A DNA stretch of 64,000 nt from Coleofasciculus sp. B1-GNL1-01 (GTDB taxonomy: Bacteria; Cyanobacteriota; Cyanobacteriia; Cyanobacteriales; Coleofasciculaceae), in assembly GCA_040220235.1 (NCBI GenBank), contig JAVJTO010000081.1. One strand, written 5' to 3'. Shown here in pieces: positions 60,601 to 64,000 of the stretch. The notes beneath the pieces were generated by a model. It saw only the letters and a list, made by a program, of their open reading frames with translations, had not been told where the DNA came from and did no database searches. A program made the translations under genes and the position numbers. Position 1 is the first letter of the stretch. Every line of letters begins with the position of its first letter.

Positions 60601-60833
60601 CCTGGACACAACGGTCAATTGGGGGATGTCGCTATTATGTTAATCCTCCCAATGGCATCGTTTATGATAAATTTCCTGTTAATCACCGGGAAGCGGAGTC
60701 ACGGATGTTGGAACGATTTATTCCCCAGGATCATACACCGGGAATAATTTCGATTCCACCTTTATCATTGAGTCCGGAGTATCCGTTGACATTAGATTTG
60801 CGACGGGTGAATTCGTTTAATCAAGAGACATAA
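57681..60833 (+). CDS. Transglutaminase-like + DUF2126 (putative amidoligase) protein
   Basis: GSCRD, ARFVSGY, HAWAEVYLPGAGWIG.DPT, LTMGGEPTFVS, TPDPGVIE.N, GGG.H and LLEFRAF. Confidence 0.93.
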   Translation: MPIKVSLNHQLAYHFQRPVILGPHTLGLHPSPHCRTPIQSYSLTIQPQEHSLTWQNDPYGNRLVRLNFPKPTDTLAIEVDIIAQLQPINPFNFLVEQYAERYPFNYDPHLQKELSPFLDISESGKLLSGWVEENRKNDIYITGFLGAINQQLAQDITHTIRLETGIQSCEETLTKKVGSCRDTAWLLVQILRHYGLAARFVSGYLIQLKADNPPVDGPPGIEADCADFHAWAEVYLPGAGWIGLDPTSGYLAAEGHIPLVCTPNPEAASPVRGTSEPCPSRLEFAVKVSRHENIASPSKPYTETQWQQIDRLGKAVDERLHRAGVGLTMGGEPTFVSIDDFESPQWQIAALGEEKRKIAGQLLKRLEARFSKGGGLLHYGLGKWYPGEILPRWALGCYWRSDGTPIWQNREWYAEEGKDYGHTAKQGEIFIQALATHLGVNPTCIIPAYEDEGNIGGYVLPILPVLKDEQLYWSTCHWRFPDERLNLLVGDSPAGFRLPLNSIDWSEELVQEGIVPLEANPARPSPEFIDSPDNTIRIGLGVEARQGILHIFLPPLTSARSFLDLITAIEETAAKVKIPVLIEGYTPPGNGGIEGFQITPDPGVIEANIHPAGNWQELVEITTTLHEEARLCRLGTEKYTLDGRRVSTGGGAHITIGGKTPLESPLLRRPDLLRSLISYWQNHPSLSYLFAGLFVGPTSQSPRVDEARHESLYELEIAFQTLQPGEKVAPELVDRLLRNLLVDVTGNTHRSAFCIDKLYPVENYRNQLGLLEFRAFAMPPNMRMSLLQMLLIRALVAWFWEHPYTQNLIRWGTMLHDRFLLPYYIGEDLRQVIGELQEAGYPFQWEWFEPFFEFRFPRYGEINREGVELELRHAIEPWHVLGEETGTGGTARYVDSSMERIQVRLRGAMGHSSNRDNFSSRYQVTCNGYPVPLKSTETPGDYVGGVRFRAREYAALLHPSINSHSPLVFDIVDTWTQRSIGGCRYYVNPPNGIVYDKFPVNHREAESRMLERFIPQDHTPGIISIPPLSLSPEYPLTLDLRRVNSFNQET

Positions 60834-61133
60834 CTTGATACAATCCTGTTGGTTGTAGGCGAGAGAAGTTCCTGTGATCAGAGGACTAAAGTCCTCACTA
60901 CAAATTATCTATCGTCTGATTGTAACCTGAATCTATATCAGGGCATGATGGTATCGTGCCTCTACCCCATCTCAGGATAATTGATTGGGTAGGGGTACGG
61001 CATTGCCGTACCCTATGATAGTTAGTGATAATCTCTCAACAAAAACTGAAATCGCCAAGCGATCGCGTCTTCCGCCTACCCTCCCCAAAGCCTGTGAAGC
61101 CAAGCGATCGCGCCAGGGAATCGCACCCAAGAT

Positions 61134-61388
61134 TCAATCCACCATGATTTGTCGCCTCAACAGACTCATCATTTCTCCCGAAGCACCATAGGGAATCGGT
61201 GGACTCCATTCCCTCACCTCCGCAAACCGTAAGCGATGCAGCGTTTTGATAATGCTGTTAATCCCTTTACGGGAACCAATCACCATCACCTTGATCAATT
61301 CTTTCTGAGAAACCGGATCAGTAGAAGCCTGAATAGAAACCTCAGCAGAGGGCGATTGATTGTCATTCGGCACAAAGTACGCTTGCAT
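61134..61388 (-). CDS. Conserved small cyanobacterial hypothetical protein (copy 1)
   Basis: IGS...I...I..LH...FAEV.EWSP.......GE.MS.L; differences from copy 2 are mostly synonymous. Confidence 0.82.
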   Translation of the reverse strand: MQAYFVPNDNQSPSAEVSIQASTDPVSQKELIKVMVIGSRKGINSIIKTLHRLRFAEVREWSPPIPYGASGEMMSLLRRQIMVD

Positions 61389-61420
61389 TTGAGTTCACCT
61401 GATTGATTTTATACCTAACC

Positions 61421-61482
61421 ATGTTGTTGGTTCCAACAACGTTACGATCCATTCTGGCAGATGTTGTGAGTTCCAACAACAT
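61421..61482. promoter_or_regulatory. Two palindromic operators ATGTTGT(TG/GA)G-NN-CCAACAAC(A/G)T
   Basis: 22-bp inverted repeats whose starts are 40 bp apart, between the divergent small gene and the XRE gene; also at 63469-63530. Confidence 0.75.
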
Positions 61483-61517
61483 TTACTTGCGGATCATCCT
61501 CTGACACGATTAGAGGT

Positions 61518-61763
61518 ATGGGAAAAGCGGGAAAAGCTCTCAGACAAGCATTGGAGACATACGGCATCAGTCAAAACAAGCTAGCCGTAACTTTGAAGGT
61601 TGATCGTTCAGTTGTATTTCACTGGTTTCACGAAAATCGAGATCCCTCAGCCGAAACCGTGGTGCAGATTGCTGAAGCACTTCATAGTCTCAATCCTGAT
61701 GCAGCAGCAGAATTTATCCGATTGTACGTGGGTGATTTCCTCAAGAGTGATCAGGAAGATTGA
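61518..61763 (+). CDS. XRE family HTH transcriptional regulator (copy 1)
   Basis: ISQNKLA..L.V.RS.V..W....RDP. Confidence 0.9.
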   Translation: MGKAGKALRQALETYGISQNKLAVTLKVDRSVVFHWFHENRDPSAETVVQIAEALHSLNPDAAAEFIRLYVGDFLKSDQED

Positions 61764-61858
61764 AGGGAAGCGACTCCTGCACCCCTACACTCCTACCATC
61801 AGCGATTCGCTTTGGAGCTACGATAGAAACATTAGATGTTGTTATGAAGCGGACTGTT

Positions 61859-62074
61859 ATGCTCAGTTTTAAGAAAAAAATTGTCACTGATGAAGCGATG
61901 CGTCCTGTTGCGGTGTTGATTGATTATCAGGACTGGCAGAAAATTGAGCAATTATTAGAGGCTTATCAATTACAACAAAAACAAGACTTTAATTTAAACC
62001 AGTATGCTGGTGTGATTCAATTAACTCAAGATCCTTTGGAGTATCAGCAGCAAATGAGGGATGAGTGGCATTGA
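61859..62074 (+). CDS. Orphan antitoxin-like small protein
   Basis: VTDE...PVAV.IDY.DW plus YAG.I.L..DPLEYQ..MRDEW; no PIN gene follows. Confidence 0.6.
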   Translation: MLSFKKKIVTDEAMRPVAVLIDYQDWQKIEQLLEAYQLQQKQDFNLNQYAGVIQLTQDPLEYQQQMRDEWH

Positions 62075-62168
62075 CGCAGAATTTAATTGTATTGTAGACA
62101 ACAGGATTAAGTTGGGAAGCCGTTTGAGAACTGCACTAGAAAGAGTCTGAGAGTTTGTAGAACTAATC

Positions 62169-62585
62169 ATGGCGGCTAAAGACCTATTCCATAATTCTGT
62201 AAAACAAGCACTCCTCAAAGAGGATTGGGTGATTACAGCAGATCCCCTAAAACTCAAAATTGAGGGAGTTAAGTTGGAAGTTGATTTAGCAGCAGAGAAA
62301 ATCATTGCCGCTCAAAAAGCAGAACGGAAAATAGCCGTTGAAATAAAAAGTTTTCTCAATACTTCGGTGATTACAGATTTTCATGCCGCATTAGGTCAAT
62401 TCTTAAACTATCGCTTGGCATTACAAATGACCGAATCAGAGAGAATACTTTATCTGGCTGTTCCTATTGATACATTTGGAACATTTTTTCAAGAGGTTTT
62501 TGTTAAAGAAGCAGTTAAGCTTTATCAAGTAAAATTAATTGTTTACGATCCTGTTGAAGAGGTAATTAGCGAATGGAAAAATTAG
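62169..62585 (+). CDS. xisH: XisH family protein
   Basis: MAAKD.FH..VK.AL.K..W.IT.DP, DLAAEK, IAVEIKSF, ALGQF.NY and R.LYLAVP. Confidence 0.95.
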   Translation: MAAKDLFHNSVKQALLKEDWVITADPLKLKIEGVKLEVDLAAEKIIAAQKAERKIAVEIKSFLNTSVITDFHAALGQFLNYRLALQMTESERILYLAVPIDTFGTFFQEVFVKEAVKLYQVKLIVYDPVEEVISEWKN

Positions 62586-62914
62586 AAAAATATCGATCAT
62601 TAGTCCGCCAGCTATTAAAAAATCATACGACTGAAGATGCAAACCGCTCAGATTCAGAAATAGAGTGTCAACTCATTTTTGACACAGAACATGACCACTA
62701 TCAGCTTCTAGATATCGGTTGGGATGGACTAAAAAGAGTTTACAACTGTTTCATTCATATAGATATTAAAGATGACAAAATTTGGATTCAGCGAAATATG
62801 ACCGAAGCTGATTTGGCACAAGATTTGGTAGAAATGGGTATACCCAAAGAGGATATTATTCTCGGTTTACATCCCAGTTATAAACGTCCTTACACAGGCT
62901 ACGGAGTCGCTTAG
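62573..62914 (+). CDS. xisI: XisI family protein
   Basis: IFD...DHYQL..IGW...R, HIDIK..KIWIQ.N.TE and GIPK.DI.LG. Confidence 0.95.
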   Translation: MEKLEKYRSLVRQLLKNHTTEDANRSDSEIECQLIFDTEHDHYQLLDIGWDGLKRVYNCFIHIDIKDDKIWIQRNMTEADLAQDLVEMGIPKEDIILGLHPSYKRPYTGYGVA

Positions 62915-63181
62915 TGCGATCGCCTTCCTGATCCCTAAGTTTGTCAAACGCTTTGTGTGATTGGCATAACAGACGATAGCCGAGGTGATTATCGTCTGAT
63001 TTTAACCTGAATCTATATCAGGGCACGATGGTATCGTGCCCCTACCCCATCTCAGGGATAATTGATTGGGTAGGGGTACGGCAATGCCGTACCCTATGAT
63101 AGTTAGCGATAACCTCTCAATTTAATCAATAATAAACCTTCTGCCTTCTGCTATATCGCGCCAGGGAATCACACCGACGAT

Positions 63182-63436
63182 TCAATCCACCATGATCTGT
63201 CGCCTCAATAGACTCATCATTTCTCCCGAAGCACCATAAGGAATTGGTGGACTCCATTCCCTCACCTCCGCAAACCGCAAGCGATGCAGCGTTTTGATAA
63301 TGCTGTTGATCCCTTTACGGGAACCAATCACCATCACCTTGATCAATTCTTTCTGAGAAACCGGATCAGTAGAAGCCTGAATAGAAACCTCAGCAGAGGG
63401 TAATTGATTCTCATTCGGTACAAAGTACGCTTGCAT
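63182..63436 (-). CDS. Conserved small cyanobacterial hypothetical protein (copy 2)
   Basis: 82/84 residues identical to 61134-61388. Confidence 0.82.
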   Translation of the reverse strand: MQAYFVPNENQLPSAEVSIQASTDPVSQKELIKVMVIGSRKGINSIIKTLHRLRFAEVREWSPPIPYGASGEMMSLLRRQIMVD

Positions 63437-63565
63437 TTGAGTTCACCTGATTGATTTTATACCTAACCATGTTGTTGGAACCAACAACATTACGATCCAT
63501 TCTGGCAGATGTTGTGAGTTCCAACAACATTTACTTGCGGATCATCCTCTGACACGATTAGAGGT

Positions 63566-63811
63566 ATGGGAAAAGCGGGAAAAGCTCTCAGACAAGCATT
63601 GGAGACAAACCGCATCAGTCAAAACAAGCTAGCCGTAACTATGAAGGTTGATCGTTCAGTTGTATTTCACTGGTTTCACGAAAATCGAGATCCCTCAGCC
63701 GAAACCGTGGTGCAGATTGCTGAAGCACTTCATAGCCTCAATCCTGATGCAGCAGCAGAATTTATCCGATTGTACGTGGGTGATTTCCTCAAGAGTGATC
63801 AGGAAGATTGA
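63566..63811 (+). CDS. XRE family HTH transcriptional regulator (copy 2)
   Basis: 78/81 residues identical to 61518-61763. Confidence 0.9.
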   Translation: MGKAGKALRQALETNRISQNKLAVTMKVDRSVVFHWFHENRDPSAETVVQIAEALHSLNPDAAAEFIRLYVGDFLKSDQED

Positions 63812-64000
63812 CGGGAAGTTATGTTCCGATTGTAGAGACGTTGCATGCAACGTCTCTACACCCGCATTTCTCACAAACTAATTCTATAAGTCAATTTGCC
63901 GCTTAAAAGTTGAGCTTTTTAAAGAAGAATATAAAAATTCCAATTTATCAAACAAAATTATTCTAAAATTGCCAATCCCTGCCTGTTTTTTCCACTAAAA

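Larger units (their letters stand above)
60910..61770 (+). repeat. Copy 1 of a duplicated ~0.85-kb module (copy 2 at 62990-63818)
   Basis: Direct repeat containing a REP pair, a small gene, operators and an XRE gene. Confidence 0.93.

Noticed and set aside
62169..62914. fdxN-type excision element
   Set aside because: No XisF-like recombinase or interrupted nif gene; xisHI pairs are common stand-alone loci in cyanobacteria

Overview
64-kb chromosomal window from a filamentous cyanobacterium. The assignment rests on abundant HIP1 GCGATCGC sites, psb28, a plastoquinone prenyltransferase and heptamer STRR tracts; a Coleofasciculus-like host is only a guess. Housekeeping genes (gatA, tRNA-His, ABC-F, msrA, ppx, plqA, psb28, secA, upp, trmJ, apgM) are interleaved with accessory blocks. 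A HEPN-like gene and a pseudogene lie next to tRNA-His. A ~20-28 kb conflict/toxin-antitoxin block carries a lipase-TIR + TIR-membrane pair, HicAB, RelE with an unknown partner, xisH remnant-xisI and a foreign-looking methyltransferase. Further along are a co-oriented DUF5132-like / P-type ATPase / MetK-like cluster, a PEP-CTERM segment bounded by a 166-bp duplication of the apgM 3' end, and a duplicated XRE + small-protein module bracketing xisHI. Intergenic DNA is crowded with GTAG-type REP palindromes, TA-flanked MITEs and self-nesting micro-elements. The two best candidates for an undescribed system are (1) a MetK paralogue whose methionine-binding residues are all substituted, in a cluster with a P-type ATPase, and (2) a Toll-like receptor/effector TIR pair whose receptor gene is cut by a 99-bp MITE. 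No CRISPR array, rRNA or intact transposase/integrase was recognised. All family calls are from motif recognition by eye, not database searches.
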